From a virus, in IMG/VR virus record IMGVR_UViG_3300025407_001359: DNA of 64,000 nt. One strand, 5' to 3'. The translations under genes were made by a program, and so were the position numbers. Below, piece by piece: positions 1-9,883 of the stretch (positions are counted from its first letter, which is position 1; each line of letters opens with the position of its first letter). The notes below the pieces were generated by a model, which saw only the letters and a list, made by a program, of their open reading frames with translations, did no database searches and had not been told where the DNA came from.

Positions 1-570
1 GACTTGGTAATGCCAGTGAGTGTAAAAGTCAATCCCAACGATCAGTTTATCAAAGACAAGTATGTGGCAGAAGAACTGCGTAACTTGTCGCAAGAGCTGG
101 GTGTGCTGTTAGTTACAGCGAGTCAGTTGAATCGTAGTGCAGTAGAAGAAATTGAATTTGACCATAGCCATATTGCTGGTGGTATTTCAAAGATCAATAC
201 TGCGGACAACGTGTTTGGTATCTTTACCAGCCGTGCAATGAAAGAACGTGGGCGTTATCAAATCCAGTGTATGAAGTCACGTAGCTCAACAGGTGTGGGA
301 CAAAAGATTGATCTAGAGTACAATATTGAAACCATGCGTATCACTGACCCGGGAGAAGAAGGACAAACAAGTTCAGGTGGATCAAAACCGGCGGCCAATA
401 TTTTAAATCAAATCAAAACCGGCAGCACAGTGACTGATGCCAAACCCTGGGCCAAACCGCAGGCACGAGAAGGATTTGACTTGGAAAACGCCGGTCCTAC
501 TCCGGGCAGTAGTGTAGAAAGCATCAAATTAAAGCAGATGCTGGCCGGTCTTAAATCTAAATCCGAGTGA
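1..570 (+). CDS. Replicative DNA helicase (DnaB/T4 gp41-like), C-terminal part; 5' end outside window
   Basis: ELRNLSQELGVLLVTASQLNR and HIAGGISKINTADNVFGI match DnaB/gp41 motifs H3-H4; frame open to base 1. Confidence 0.85.
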   Translation, partial: DLVMPVSVKVNPNDQFIKDKYVAEELRNLSQELGVLLVTASQLNRSAVEEIEFDHSHIAGGISKINTADNVFGIFTSRAMKERGRYQIQCMKSRSSTGVGQKIDLEYNIETMRITDPGEEGQTSSGGSKPAANILNQIKTGSTVTDAKPWAKPQAREGFDLENAGPTPGSSVESIKLKQMLAGLKSKSE

Positions 571-605
571 ACTTCAATAAATAATACTAAACTGGAGCTG
601 AAATC

Positions 606-854
606 TTGCAAAAGCGGGCCCGTAGTATTCTTGATGAATTAGATAACCTAATAGTACACAAAGATCGTGAGAATCTTGTGGAAAGCCGTGCCACCCACGT
701 TATTCAGGGTGCTATCAATCTAATCAACTACATACGTGAAAATTACGACGCTGAACAAGCGGGGGAGTTGGAACGTAGATTAATTAATTCAATCCGTAAT
801 CAAGAGCCAGAAAAATTCAAGCGTGGTGTACGGAGAATGAAACGTGAAAATTAA
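606..854 (+). CDS. Hypothetical protein
   Basis: 82-aa ORF with TTG start, GGAG upstream, TAAATA at 578-583. Confidence 0.6.
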   Translation: MQKRARSILDELDNLIVHKDRENLVESRATHVIQGAINLINYIRENYDAEQAGELERRLINSIRNQEPEKFKRGVRRMKREN

Positions 855-1977
855 TGAAGTTATTGTAGAAGCACTTAACACTAATACTGGTACTCCAAAT
901 CCTGCTGCGCCAGCCAACCCACCGGCCGACGATAATCAAACACAGTGGACTGGTCGCAAACCAGCTGCACCAGCAAAGCCTGATTACAGTCAGAAACCTG
1001 GTGCTTATGCTACCAATCCCGGAACAACAGCAAAGTACAATGTTCCGACTGGCATCCCAAATCCCACTCCTGCAACTCCCGCTGCACAACCTGCCCCAGC
1101 TGCTCCAATTGATACAGCATATCAAGATCAACTTGATCAAAATATTCAGCAAAAACAACAAGCGGCAGTGGCTGCCAATCAGGCCAACACACCTGCACAA
1201 AAAGCCAAGCAAGGCCTAAAGAACTTGGGAGGTGCATTGTCCAAAGGTATCCAAGGTGCGGTCAAAGGATATCAACAGGCACGCAACACTCGTCAAGCAA
1301 TTGATCAAGCAAAACAGGCCGGTGGATTGAATCTAGAATTAGAAACCAATGCAGCAAACAAATTTTTAGCACAACGTGGTGCTGTTACCAACTTAAAAGA
1401 TCCTGCCACATTCCAAAAAGAACTGCAGGCGTGGGCCGGTAAGAGATATCCTGGACTTGATGTTGGCAACATAGATGTCAGCAAGGTAAGACCTGGCAAC
1501 AAAAACGACGTGCAAAATTATGTTACACAGGTCTATAGTACCTATATGGCAGACCGTGCCAACAAACCCAAGACAGCGGCACCTGCTACCAAAACTGCCG
1601 CGGCACCTGCTGCAACACAGTCAACTATTATTGATCCTGCAACAGGTAAACCATTTGCACCTGCAACACAACCAGCGGCACAACCTGCGCCGGCCGCTAC
1701 AACAGCTGCACCGGCAACTGCAGCTCCGGCTCCTGATGCACACGATGAAAAAGATATCAAACACGATATGGTACCTGGTATGGAAATTGTACAGCAAGAA
1801 CCTATTATTGTAAAATACAAAAACAGAGAGTTTGGCCTTGATGACAATGGCCAATGGGTACACCTAGGTGGTACTAAAACTCCACACCAGTCATTCCAAG
1901 CTATGTTAGACAAGGCCGCTGGTTTCAGTGAAAGTTTTGATCCAGCTGCAATCTTAGAAAACAAATTGCGAAAGTAA
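844..1977 (+). CDS. Ala/Pro/Gln-rich low-complexity protein, possible internal head protein
   Basis: 377-aa ORF with GTG start; PAAPA/APAAT repeats; N-terminus MKINEVIVE. Confidence 0.6.
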   Translation: MKINEVIVEALNTNTGTPNPAAPANPPADDNQTQWTGRKPAAPAKPDYSQKPGAYATNPGTTAKYNVPTGIPNPTPATPAAQPAPAAPIDTAYQDQLDQNIQQKQQAAVAANQANTPAQKAKQGLKNLGGALSKGIQGAVKGYQQARNTRQAIDQAKQAGGLNLELETNAANKFLAQRGAVTNLKDPATFQKELQAWAGKRYPGLDVGNIDVSKVRPGNKNDVQNYVTQVYSTYMADRANKPKTAAPATKTAAAPAATQSTIIDPATGKPFAPATQPAAQPAPAATTAAPATAAPAPDAHDEKDIKHDMVPGMEIVQQEPIIVKYKNREFGLDDNGQWVHLGGTKTPHQSFQAMLDKAAGFSESFDPAAILENKLRK

Positions 1978-1978
1978 A

Positions 1979-3070
1979 ATGGAATTAAATTTTATCAATG
2001 AGGTCCTGCTAGAAGTCAAAGCAGCACCAGCACGTACTCCACATCCTGAAGATGCCATATTTGATGGCACAGCAGTCGCTGAACGTATGGTAGGTGCAAT
2101 GGAATCTGTAATCAAAGATCCTGGCAGCCTGACAATCAAGTGGGATGGATTTCCTGCCTTGGTATTTGGTCGTAATGCCGACGGTCAGTTGACTGTGATG
2201 GACAAGTATATGTTTGACAAGCCGCACGGTCGAGTTACCAGCCCTGAAGATTGGGTACGTTACGATCAAGAGCGCGGCAAGAATCGTAACGATTTGTATC
2301 AACGCATTGCCAACATTTGGCCTGGTCTAGATCAAGCGGTGGGCAATGTACCTGGATACTTCTGGGGCGATCTGCTATGGAGTGCACCACTTCGACCAGT
2401 CAAAGGCCAGTTTGTGTTCAAACCCAATGTGGTTGAATATCATATTCCAGTAAAAAGCAGTCTAGGTCAACAGATAGCCGGACGCCAAGGCGGTATTGTG
2501 GTACACACTTATCTGGCCGACGAACACGCTAGACCACAACCTTGGAACGGGCAAGGGCTTGACTTTAATGCACCCACAGCAATTTTGACGCCCAGTGCCA
2601 ATATCAAATTTACATTGGATGATCCTGTGCGTTTGCACAAAGCCGCAGTGAGCACCTTAAAGAAGTACAGCACAGTGGCCGACAGCTTTTTGGCCGGCCT
2701 AGATGACAAAGCACGTGCTGCGTTGAAACAGTATGCAAACAAAAAGATTACTGGGCAAACGCACGAAGAATTATCAGATTGGTTACAATCTGCTAATGTT
2801 ACTCAAAAATTACGCAAGTTTTTGTTGGGTGAAAACCAAGACGGATACCTGTATCAGCACATCAACGGTGTGGCCGCAGTTTTTGCGATTTGGAACGCGG
2901 TTTATGCGTTCAAAGTCAATTTAACCGAGCAACTGGAACGCCAGGTACAAGGTATTGGGCAATATGTAAACGGACAGCCAGCTGGCGAAGGATTTGTATT
3001 CAGTACCCCAGAAGGCCCAGTAAAATTGGTACAAAGAACTGTGTTTAGCCAGGCATTATTTGCCCGTTAA
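1979..3070 (+). CDS. Ligase-superfamily nucleotidyltransferase-like protein
   Basis: IKWDG (KxDG motif I), EGFVF (motif IV-like), PVKLV (motif V-like). Confidence 0.55.
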   Translation: MELNFINEVLLEVKAAPARTPHPEDAIFDGTAVAERMVGAMESVIKDPGSLTIKWDGFPALVFGRNADGQLTVMDKYMFDKPHGRVTSPEDWVRYDQERGKNRNDLYQRIANIWPGLDQAVGNVPGYFWGDLLWSAPLRPVKGQFVFKPNVVEYHIPVKSSLGQQIAGRQGGIVVHTYLADEHARPQPWNGQGLDFNAPTAILTPSANIKFTLDDPVRLHKAAVSTLKKYSTVADSFLAGLDDKARAALKQYANKKITGQTHEELSDWLQSANVTQKLRKFLLGENQDGYLYQHINGVAAVFAIWNAVYAFKVNLTEQLERQVQGIGQYVNGQPAGEGFVFSTPEGPVKLVQRTVFSQALFAR

Positions 3071-3145
3071 TAACAACCCGTTTTTTGTTCGAAAGCATAA
3101 ATAATTATAGGTCCATTGAGACCACACATATTAAGGAGATTTAAA

Positions 3146-3502
3146 ATGGCAATTCAGACACGTTATGCAGGTGATGCAAATGGCGTTAACAACGTTGACG
3201 CAACATATGATGGTACACTAGATACAGTTATCGGTTTAGGTTTAACAAAGAACCCAATCGGCTTAAAGATTACTTCTATCGGCACATTATCAGCAGCTGA
3301 CTCAGCTACTGGTGGTATCGTTGAATCAATTCTAAAGCAAATCGCTATCGATTCTACTATCACAGCATATCAAGTTAGCTCAACTCAGTTAAGCGTTCTT
3401 TTAGAAGCTACTGGTTCTAACGATGCAACTAAACAAACTCGTGTACGTACAATTTCAGCTAACGCTGTTGTATCAAGCGCAGGTGGCATCAAGTTTGCTT
3501 AA
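3146..3502 (+). CDS. Small probable virion structural protein
   Basis: AAGGAG RBS before ATG 3146; TAAATA at 3098; followed by terminator. Confidence 0.55.
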   Translation: MAIQTRYAGDANGVNNVDATYDGTLDTVIGLGLTKNPIGLKITSIGTLSAADSATGGIVESILKQIAIDSTITAYQVSSTQLSVLLEATGSNDATKQTRVRTISANAVVSSAGGIKFA

Positions 3503-3523
3503 TAGTTTTTAACTATAACGAAG

Positions 3524-3550
3524 AAAGCAATCTTTATGATTGCTTTTTTT
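3524..3550 (+). terminator. Intrinsic terminator
   Basis: AAAGCAATC-TTTAT-GATTGCTTT followed by T-run. Confidence 0.8.
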
Positions 3551-3572
3551 GTGGCCGATAAATACTAGCACT

Positions 3573-4010
3573 ATGTCAGAATCTAATTTGTATTTTTTTC
3601 AAGGCTACAGTCTAGTAGACATCACTGCTACCGGTGTGGTCCGCAGCTCAGATCCTGACGCAGTAGAACGACATCAACAGCGCAACTGGGAAACAGTCAT
3701 ACAATGTATGAGCCTGCGTACTCAACCACAACATATACAACTGCCTACTGTGGTAGAAATTGAATTGGATCGACTGAGCTTTGGTGATTTCTATGAAGGC
3801 ATACAGCAGGTATGGACCTGGCAGTGGGCTGTAGAAGGCAACGGAGTATACGACCTTCCAGGCAAACCTATAGGTGGATTGCAACAGGATTTTGAGCAGG
3901 TACCTATCATTACCGGACTTGCCGAAACTGCTCGATTTATGTTGCCGATATTTTATCCATATGGCACTATAAAAAACATATACTTTAGGCAAATCAATCC
4001 CGTAGCATAA
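3573..4010 (+). CDS. Hypothetical protein
   Basis: ATG 3573 downstream of TAAATA 3559; the track's 3540 start lies inside the terminator. Confidence 0.6.
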   Translation: MSESNLYFFQGYSLVDITATGVVRSSDPDAVERHQQRNWETVIQCMSLRTQPQHIQLPTVVEIELDRLSFGDFYEGIQQVWTWQWAVEGNGVYDLPGKPIGGLQQDFEQVPIITGLAETARFMLPIFYPYGTIKNIYFRQINPVA

Positions 4011-4105
4011 ATACTAATAGATGCTATAAGGCAACTATTAAGGCTCATATCACGGCACACACAGGCAAATCAACGCATCGCTTAACATGAAAAAAGCGAG
4101 GAACT

Positions 4106-4366
4106 ATGTCTACAACTGACATCGAAAAGAAGAGTCTAGAAGCCCACGTAGAACTTTGCGCGGAGCGATACTCTGCTTTGGAGACAAAATTAATACATCT
4201 TGATGGTCGTATGGACAAATTAGAAGCCCATATTGTTGACATCAAGGATTCCATTGGCCGTGTCGGTAGCGACAGTAACAAAACTCTTATCACAATTGGT
4301 ACTGCTATTTTTGTAGCACTACTAGCTGGTGTTTTTGGTTTAGTGGTACACCTCGTATCAAAATGA
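4106..4366 (+). CDS. Coiled-coil protein with C-terminal TM helix (XhlA/holin-like architecture)
   Basis: Heptad region LETKLIHLDGRMDKLE, then hydrophobic ITIGTAIFVALLAGVFGLVV; GAGGA RBS. Confidence 0.5.
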   Translation: MSTTDIEKKSLEAHVELCAERYSALETKLIHLDGRMDKLEAHIVDIKDSIGRVGSDSNKTLITIGTAIFVALLAGVFGLVVHLVSK

Positions 4367-4572
4367 AAATCGTAGAATTAATTAACCAAGTACAAATTGC
4401 CTTAAATAATGAACAAGCTGATTTATTGGGACGTTTTCAACACGAACCCAGCATATTAAAAAACTCTCTAAATGAAAGAGAACAGCTTATAGCAAATCAA
4501 CTAACGACGCAAGATATATTACTTCGTCGTAATGAAAATGGCAAGATCACATACTCAAAAAAAATACGCTAA
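4363..4572 (+). CDS. Hypothetical protein
   Basis: 69-aa ORF overlapping upstream stop. Confidence 0.6.
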   Translation: MKIVELINQVQIALNNEQADLLGRFQHEPSILKNSLNEREQLIANQLTTQDILLRRNENGKITYSKKIR

Positions 4573-5071
4573 AAAACCTCGTACTTCGGTCCCGAAGGAA
4601 ATAACCAACGTTGCTGCAGATTATATCAAACATTGGACTTCTCGCGAGTTAGGCCGTATACAAAGCAATGAACCACGTCCAGTTTGTGTGCAAGTCAAAG
4701 ACGGATATCTAGTGGGACTGTATAGACTCACTGTAAATCCCAACAAAACTTGCGACTTATTTGATGTCAATAGAGAACTGGTGCACCGTTTTGAAAGCAA
4801 AATTTCAGCAATTTTGTACGCTATTTACTTGACCAAACAACAGTATGCCAGGGCAGATGAAATACTGTCAGTTGATAGAATAATAAATAAATGTTATACA
4901 GATATGTTATGTTTACGTAATATTATTGAAAAGGCAAAAAAACAACAAGATTATGTAACAGTAGATACCCGTCTTCCCAGGTTAGAAATGGCTGAAACTC
5001 GGCTAAATCTTGCTCGGGACAGGATGACAAAAATACATAATATAGCTAAATACTACAAAGTTTGGGAATAA
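4532..5071 (+). CDS. Hypothetical protein
   Basis: 179-aa ORF in operon. Confidence 0.6.
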   Translation: MKMARSHTQKKYAKKPRTSVPKEITNVAADYIKHWTSRELGRIQSNEPRPVCVQVKDGYLVGLYRLTVNPNKTCDLFDVNRELVHRFESKISAILYAIYLTKQQYARADEILSVDRIINKCYTDMLCLRNIIEKAKKQQDYVTVDTRLPRLEMAETRLNLARDRMTKIHNIAKYYKVWE

Positions 5072-5076
5072 ACAAA

Positions 5077-5784
5077 ATGAGACTCTCTGAAATGCGTACC
5101 GAAGTAACACCACAAAAAATTAACAAAGTTATGGAAAGCCGCTTTGGTTTTTCTATTGACTATGACAATTTAACTTATGCCAAGGCACAGCGTTTGGCCA
5201 AAGCACTGGGTGAAAACATTCAATCAATCAAACGTTCTTTTGGCGCACACACCGCTGAAAAGAATCCAAAGTACATAGAACTTATGTTGGTCAAAGAAGG
5301 CCTGAACAAATGGCTAACTAGCGAACAAGGTTTGTTTGAAAGTGAAATGGGCAAGAGCGAAGCAGTATTGGCTGCCAAAGATATGGTTGACTCTGTGCAA
5401 GATATGTTGGAAAAAGTATCCAAGATGCAAAACGAACAGATGCCAGCCCTGGTAGATACAATTCGTGACCAAATCGGCAGCGAGCAAGCAGAACAATTCA
5501 AAGGTGCAATGGCTCCTTTACTAACAAGTTTATACCAAGCAGTCAGCACAGGTCGTGACCAAGCTGACACAGCAGTTCGTGGCCTAGCCGGCGAACAAGT
5601 TGAACAGCCAATGGATATGGGCATGGGCGGTGACACTGGATTAGATGCAGGTGCTCCTGCAGACGCCGGTGCTGATCTTGGTCCAGAACCAGAAAGCGAT
5701 TTAGATGCTGATGGCGCTGATGGGTTTGATGCTACTGATGCCGCAGTTGGTGGTGAAGAAGAATTAGGCCGCGAGCGTCGTTAA
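5077..5784 (+). CDS. Acidic helical protein, possible prohead core/scaffold-like
   Basis: ATG 5077 (MRLSEMRTE); very acidic C-terminal tail. Confidence 0.45.
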   Translation: MRLSEMRTEVTPQKINKVMESRFGFSIDYDNLTYAKAQRLAKALGENIQSIKRSFGAHTAEKNPKYIELMLVKEGLNKWLTSEQGLFESEMGKSEAVLAAKDMVDSVQDMLEKVSKMQNEQMPALVDTIRDQIGSEQAEQFKGAMAPLLTSLYQAVSTGRDQADTAVRGLAGEQVEQPMDMGMGGDTGLDAGAPADAGADLGPEPESDLDADGADGFDATDAAVGGEEELGRERR

Positions 5785-6209
5785 TGAAAATTCGTGAAAT
5801 TGTTCTTGAGTCTCTAGACATAGTAGACGAAGTAATTGAGGACGAAGCTGATAGCCGCGGTGATTCAGCTTTAATCACAACACTTGAATGGCTTCGCAAT
5901 GAAGCGCAAACCAGCGGTGCAGTAACTCCACGTGTCAAAGTTGATACAGTAATCGATCGTGTACGCGATATACCCGGCAACGAAGCATTTAATTATGCTG
6001 CCTTGGAAGCTGCACACGATCATAACGATACTGTAAAAAGTCTAATCAAAGACATCAAAGATGATGACAAATCTGGCTCCAAATATATCTATTTGTCTTT
6101 GCCAGAAAACACAGTTGACCCAGAAGATCCACTTGGTGCCCAAGGCGCCCCAGCCGGTGATCCCAGCAAAATTGTTTCCAAAATGGCCAATCGTGCCGCT
6201 TCTAAGTAA
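5784..6209 (+). CDS. Acidic hypothetical protein
   Basis: TAATG coupling; N-terminus MKIREIVLE. Confidence 0.6.
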   Translation: MKIREIVLESLDIVDEVIEDEADSRGDSALITTLEWLRNEAQTSGAVTPRVKVDTVIDRVRDIPGNEAFNYAALEAAHDHNDTVKSLIKDIKDDDKSGSKYIYLSLPENTVDPEDPLGAQGAPAGDPSKIVSKMANRAASK

Positions 6210-6226
6210 TAAGCCTACCAAATTTG

Positions 6227-6256
6227 TTGACCAAAAAGGTGTAAATACTGTATACT
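6227..6256 (+). promoter_or_regulatory. sigma70-like promoter with embedded TAAATA late box
   Basis: TTGACC-18 nt-TATACT; TAAATA at 6242-6247. Confidence 0.55.
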
Positions 6257-6282
6257 AGTTTACTAGTGTAAAGGAGTCTATC

Positions 6283-6588
6283 ATGAAAAAACTCGTTTTG
6301 TTGATACTGTTGATGTGTTCCACATTGGCACACGCCGAATACTGGCATCACGGTGGTGGCCGCTATTACTATCATCCTGGTTATGGTTGGGTAGCACCGG
6401 CTGTGGTAGGCGGATTGATTGTGTACGAAGCCACACGTCCTCCAGTGATTATTCAACAGCAACCAGTTTACATACAGCAGACTTATCCACCAGCACAACC
6501 AGTATACCCAGCACCGGCTGGATACCATTGGGAAGCCTTGCTAGACGGCACGTGTAATTGTTATAAAACAGTATTGGTACCTAACTGA
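6283..6588 (+). CDS. Secreted/membrane Pro-Tyr-rich protein
   Basis: Signal peptide MKKLVLLILLMCSTLAHA; HHGGG; PPVIIQQQPVY repeats; AAGGAG RBS. Confidence 0.6.
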   Translation: MKKLVLLILLMCSTLAHAEYWHHGGGRYYYHPGYGWVAPAVVGGLIVYEATRPPVIIQQQPVYIQQTYPPAQPVYPAPAGYHWEALLDGTCNCYKTVLVPN

Positions 6589-6749
6589 TGAAAAAGATAT
6601 ATTTTATTTTTGTATTATTAACAGCCGGCTCTGTTCAAGCTGCCGGTTTACAACAGTTGGTAGACAGCTTTAAAAAACCAGTTGCACCGGCGCCAGCACC
6701 ACAGGCACCCAAACCACCACAGCCACCCAAGTCCCCAACAGGAAAATAA
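6588..6749 (+). CDS. Small secreted proline-rich peptide (53 aa; not in ORF track)
   Basis: Translated by hand: MKKIYFIFVLLTAGSVQAAGLQQLVDSFKKPVAPAPAPQAPKPPQPPKSPTGK; TGATG coupling to upstream gene. Confidence 0.6.
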   Translation: MKKIYFIFVLLTAGSVQAAGLQQLVDSFKKPVAPAPAPQAPKPPQPPKSPTGK

Positions 6750-6750
6750 T

Positions 6751-7131
6751 ATGGCCTACAGTGACAAAGTAATTGACCACTATGAAAATCCGCGCAACGT
6801 GGGTTCGTTTGCCAAAGACGATACCAACGTGGGTACCGGTATGGTCGGTGCACCGGCCTGTGGTGATGTAATGAAACTTCAAATAAAGGTGGTAGATGGG
6901 ATTATTCAAGACGCTAAGTTCAAGACGTATGGGTGCGGTAGCGCGATTGCAAGTAGCTCGCTGGTTACAGAATGGGTTAAAGGCAAAACACTCGATGCCG
7001 CAATGGAAATTAAAAATTCTCAAATCGCAGAAGAACTCGCACTTCCGCCAGTCAAAATCCACTGCTCAATCTTGGCCGAAGATGCAATCAAGGCGGCTGT
7101 AAATGATTACCGTAACCGACACAGCACGTAA
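6751..7131 (+). CDS. iscU: Fe-S cluster scaffold IscU
   Basis: MAYSDKVIDHYENPRNVG, GAPACGDV, YGCGSAIASSS, LPPVKIHCS; real start ATG 6751. Confidence 0.95.
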   Translation: MAYSDKVIDHYENPRNVGSFAKDDTNVGTGMVGAPACGDVMKLQIKVVDGIIQDAKFKTYGCGSAIASSSLVTEWVKGKTLDAAMEIKNSQIAEELALPPVKIHCSILAEDAIKAAVNDYRNRHST

Positions 7132-7429
7132 AAAAATTCAAGCCAATTTGTCAAAACGCGGCTCGGGCGTTGGAATTCGTGTGGGCGTACGAACCACCGG
7201 ATGTTCGGGTATGGCCTATACACTGGAATATGTAGACAAATACGAAGGAGAAGAAGGCATTATCAATTATGCTCAACCTGATTTTGTTGTTCTAGTGGAT
7301 CTCAAAGACACCGTATATCTAGACGGTATGACAATAGATTATGTACGCCAAGGGCTCAACGAAGGATTTGAATTTATCAATCCCAATGAACGAGATCGTT
7401 GCGGTTGTGGTGAAAGTTTTAGAGTATGA
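7103..7429 (+). CDS. iscA: A-type Fe-S carrier IscA
   Basis: TTGCSGMAY, GLNEGFEF.NPN, terminal CGCGESF. Confidence 0.93.
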   Translation: MITVTDTARKKIQANLSKRGSGVGIRVGVRTTGCSGMAYTLEYVDKYEGEEGIINYAQPDFVVLVDLKDTVYLDGMTIDYVRQGLNEGFEFINPNERDRCGCGESFRV

Positions 7430-8511
7430 TAGTTTTCAGCGATAGTCAAATTATTGATCAGGATTGGTTACCACAGTTACAGTTGCCTTCGTACACCTTG
7501 TGTCACAGTTTTGACGAATATGCGGCCAGTGCAGATCCAGTAAAAATAGCATTTACTATGCAACGCCTACATTGCAACGAAGATATAAATTGTACAGCAT
7601 ATCAAGGATTTGAAGACAAAGTAAACAAACTCAGTGCTATCAGCCAATTGGTGTTTAGTTTTGAAAGTGAATTGCATCATTACCATTGGGATATGTGGGA
7701 CCAATGTCATCACAACAATGTGTATTGGGTTGTGCCCGGGCAAGTCAACGATGCTCCTGACATGAATGGCCATATTGTTTTTTGGGGAGACTGGTTCAAA
7801 ACAACCACGTTGTTGTATAAAAAGTTACCGGCACAGTTGAATCAAATTTCTTATACGTTACCCAAACCCAAATACTTTGATGCATTACTGGGCAGTCCCA
7901 AACCACACAGAACTTTTGTTGCCGACTCGGTCAAGTCTAACAAATTAGAAGATAAATTTATTATAACCTATGGTGGCAAATGGGACGACAACAGTTTCTA
8001 TGCCCGCGATTATTTTATTTGGGAACCTGGTGTTGAAGTGGTCGGCAAGCAAGAGCCAGGTACAGCTGGTCCTGTGCGCTACTACGGTGTACACACTGGA
8101 CTGAGTAGAGTGATTCCAATCTCTGTGTTTAACGACACAGCCTACAGCGTTATTGCCGAAACGGACCACGACAATACCCTAAGCTTCTACAGCGAAAAAA
8201 CAGCCAAACCCATGATTGCTAGAAGATTATTTGTGGCCTTTACCGGATATAAATTTTTGGCCAATCTGCACAGTTTGGGATTTCGAACCTTTGATTCGGT
8301 CATTGACGAAAGTTACGATTTGATCAAGAACGACACAGAACGTTACACACAGGCATTTGAGCAGGTCAAGCGATTGTGTGCAATGGACCAAACTGAAGTG
8401 TACAACCGCATACAAGATGTGTTGGAACACAATTTCAATTTGATTATGAAAACTGATTGGACTGTGTATGCTGCCAATCAAATTACCAAATTGATCAACA
8501 ATGCAACTTAA
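7426..8511 (+). CDS. Glycosyltransferase-like protein (GT10-like C-terminal motif), paralogue 1
   Basis: AETDHDNTLSFYSEKTAKPMIARRLF...GFRTFDSVIDESYD, shared with 49260 and 54945 ORFs. Confidence 0.5.
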   Translation: MIVFSDSQIIDQDWLPQLQLPSYTLCHSFDEYAASADPVKIAFTMQRLHCNEDINCTAYQGFEDKVNKLSAISQLVFSFESELHHYHWDMWDQCHHNNVYWVVPGQVNDAPDMNGHIVFWGDWFKTTTLLYKKLPAQLNQISYTLPKPKYFDALLGSPKPHRTFVADSVKSNKLEDKFIITYGGKWDDNSFYARDYFIWEPGVEVVGKQEPGTAGPVRYYGVHTGLSRVIPISVFNDTAYSVIAETDHDNTLSFYSEKTAKPMIARRLFVAFTGYKFLANLHSLGFRTFDSVIDESYDLIKNDTERYTQAFEQVKRLCAMDQTEVYNRIQDVLEHNFNLIMKTDWTVYAANQITKLINNAT

Positions 8512-9106
8512 TATAAATCCGGTACATCGTAATCTATTCAAAGATCCACTGACCTGGGACGTGCATTTGGATACCGGTAACACACAAGAGCAAGTACACA
8601 GTGAATTGGTTGCGCTTGATTGGAATTTGGCACAGCAGTCGGTTCAGCCTAACCGATTAGAAATGGGACCGGAGCCAACCAGCCCGTGTTTAAAAACAAT
8701 ATTGAATTATCTCCGAAGCCCTGAGGTTAAAAATCAAGTGATTGATCAATTGTACGAAGGGGAAATCTATTCTTACTGGAGCATTGATCCCGACGATATG
8801 AAACGTATCACTGTGTCGGGCGGTATGTTTGTACTGGATCGTCCGGGCTTTATATGTCGTAGACACGTGGATTCAAGAAGTCTAATTAGCACCGGAATGA
8901 TAATGTTTGGCGCCGAAGACAATCCTGACCAACGTACATTTTTCTACAGAGACAACACAACCAAAGAACGTTACTGGGAATCCAGCAGCAAGTTTGAGCG
9001 CGGTTGGATCAATGCCAACTTACACAACACCTGGCACGAAGGTTACAACAACAGCACACAGGATAGATATTCTTACCTGTTTCATATCAGTCTAAAGATT
9101 TTCTAA
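8501..9106 (+). CDS. 2OG-Fe(II) oxygenase-like protein
   Basis: HxD (RHVDS) and distal His (TWHEG) in a beta-rich C-terminal half. Confidence 0.45.
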   Translation: MQLNINPVHRNLFKDPLTWDVHLDTGNTQEQVHSELVALDWNLAQQSVQPNRLEMGPEPTSPCLKTILNYLRSPEVKNQVIDQLYEGEIYSYWSIDPDDMKRITVSGGMFVLDRPGFICRRHVDSRSLISTGMIMFGAEDNPDQRTFFYRDNTTKERYWESSSKFERGWINANLHNTWHEGYNNSTQDRYSYLFHISLKIF

Positions 9107-9836
9107 CCAATTCAGCCCAGGCCTTTTGTGTTGCAACAGCCGGATGAAATTGATCTGCTTGTAAGTCTTTGTTGGTCACGGCCATTTCGTAAATGCCATC
9201 TCGTTGATCATTGGTAAAAATCCACCGACTCCAGTCCATATCTTGCAACAACTGAACTATGTCGGGAAATTGCCCTATACCAAAGTCACCGTTGCGACTG
9301 AGATTGTTTTCGGTTCCCCAATAGTTTATGTAACTCATAAATTTATATTTGATATGTCGGCTTTCAAGAAATCCACGCAGTTTGATCATTTCCATTACGT
9401 TGATGGTGGCCAAACTCAACGGAGTGCTGACTTTGTACATTTCTCTAAACATGGTTTCGGCCACTTGATTTTTAAACCAAGTTCCCATCTCGCCACCTGA
9501 AAATATATAGCCCAATTGATTACCGGGTAACCTGCGATAAAATCCGTAACTGTCAAACAACTTTTCCCAGGCCGGGTCCTCCAACCCAGTTAAATAATCT
9601 AGTCTACTGACACCAGACCACATGACAGCTACACAATCATATTGTATACGTGGATTTGTCAATATGTGTCGTATTACACCGTCGCAAATGTATTGATTGC
9701 CGGCACCAGCTTCGCCAAGATTGTTTATGGTCCACGTGGGTTCCAGTTCTGCCAACTGTCTTGGCCAACATAAATTTGGACCACCTGGATATTCGGGGCA
9801 TTGTGTAAAACTGCACCCGCTTGTTAGAATTTTCAT
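9087..9836 (-). CDS. SGNH/GDSL-like hydrolase, paralogue 1
   Basis: N-terminal SGCSF, GAGN, C-terminal DQFHP; TAAATA on minus strand at 9842-9847. Confidence 0.6.
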   Translation of the reverse strand: MKILTSGCSFTQCPEYPGGPNLCWPRQLAELEPTWTINNLGEAGAGNQYICDGVIRHILTNPRIQYDCVAVMWSGVSRLDYLTGLEDPAWEKLFDSYGFYRRLPGNQLGYIFSGGEMGTWFKNQVAETMFREMYKVSTPLSLATINVMEMIKLRGFLESRHIKYKFMSYINYWGTENNLSRNGDFGIGQFPDIVQLLQDMDWSRWIFTNDQRDGIYEMAVTNKDLQADQFHPAVATQKAWAELVRKSLD

Positions 9837-9883
9837 TAAAATATTTATTGCTTATTAAAACGGAAGATGTTATAATTAACCTT

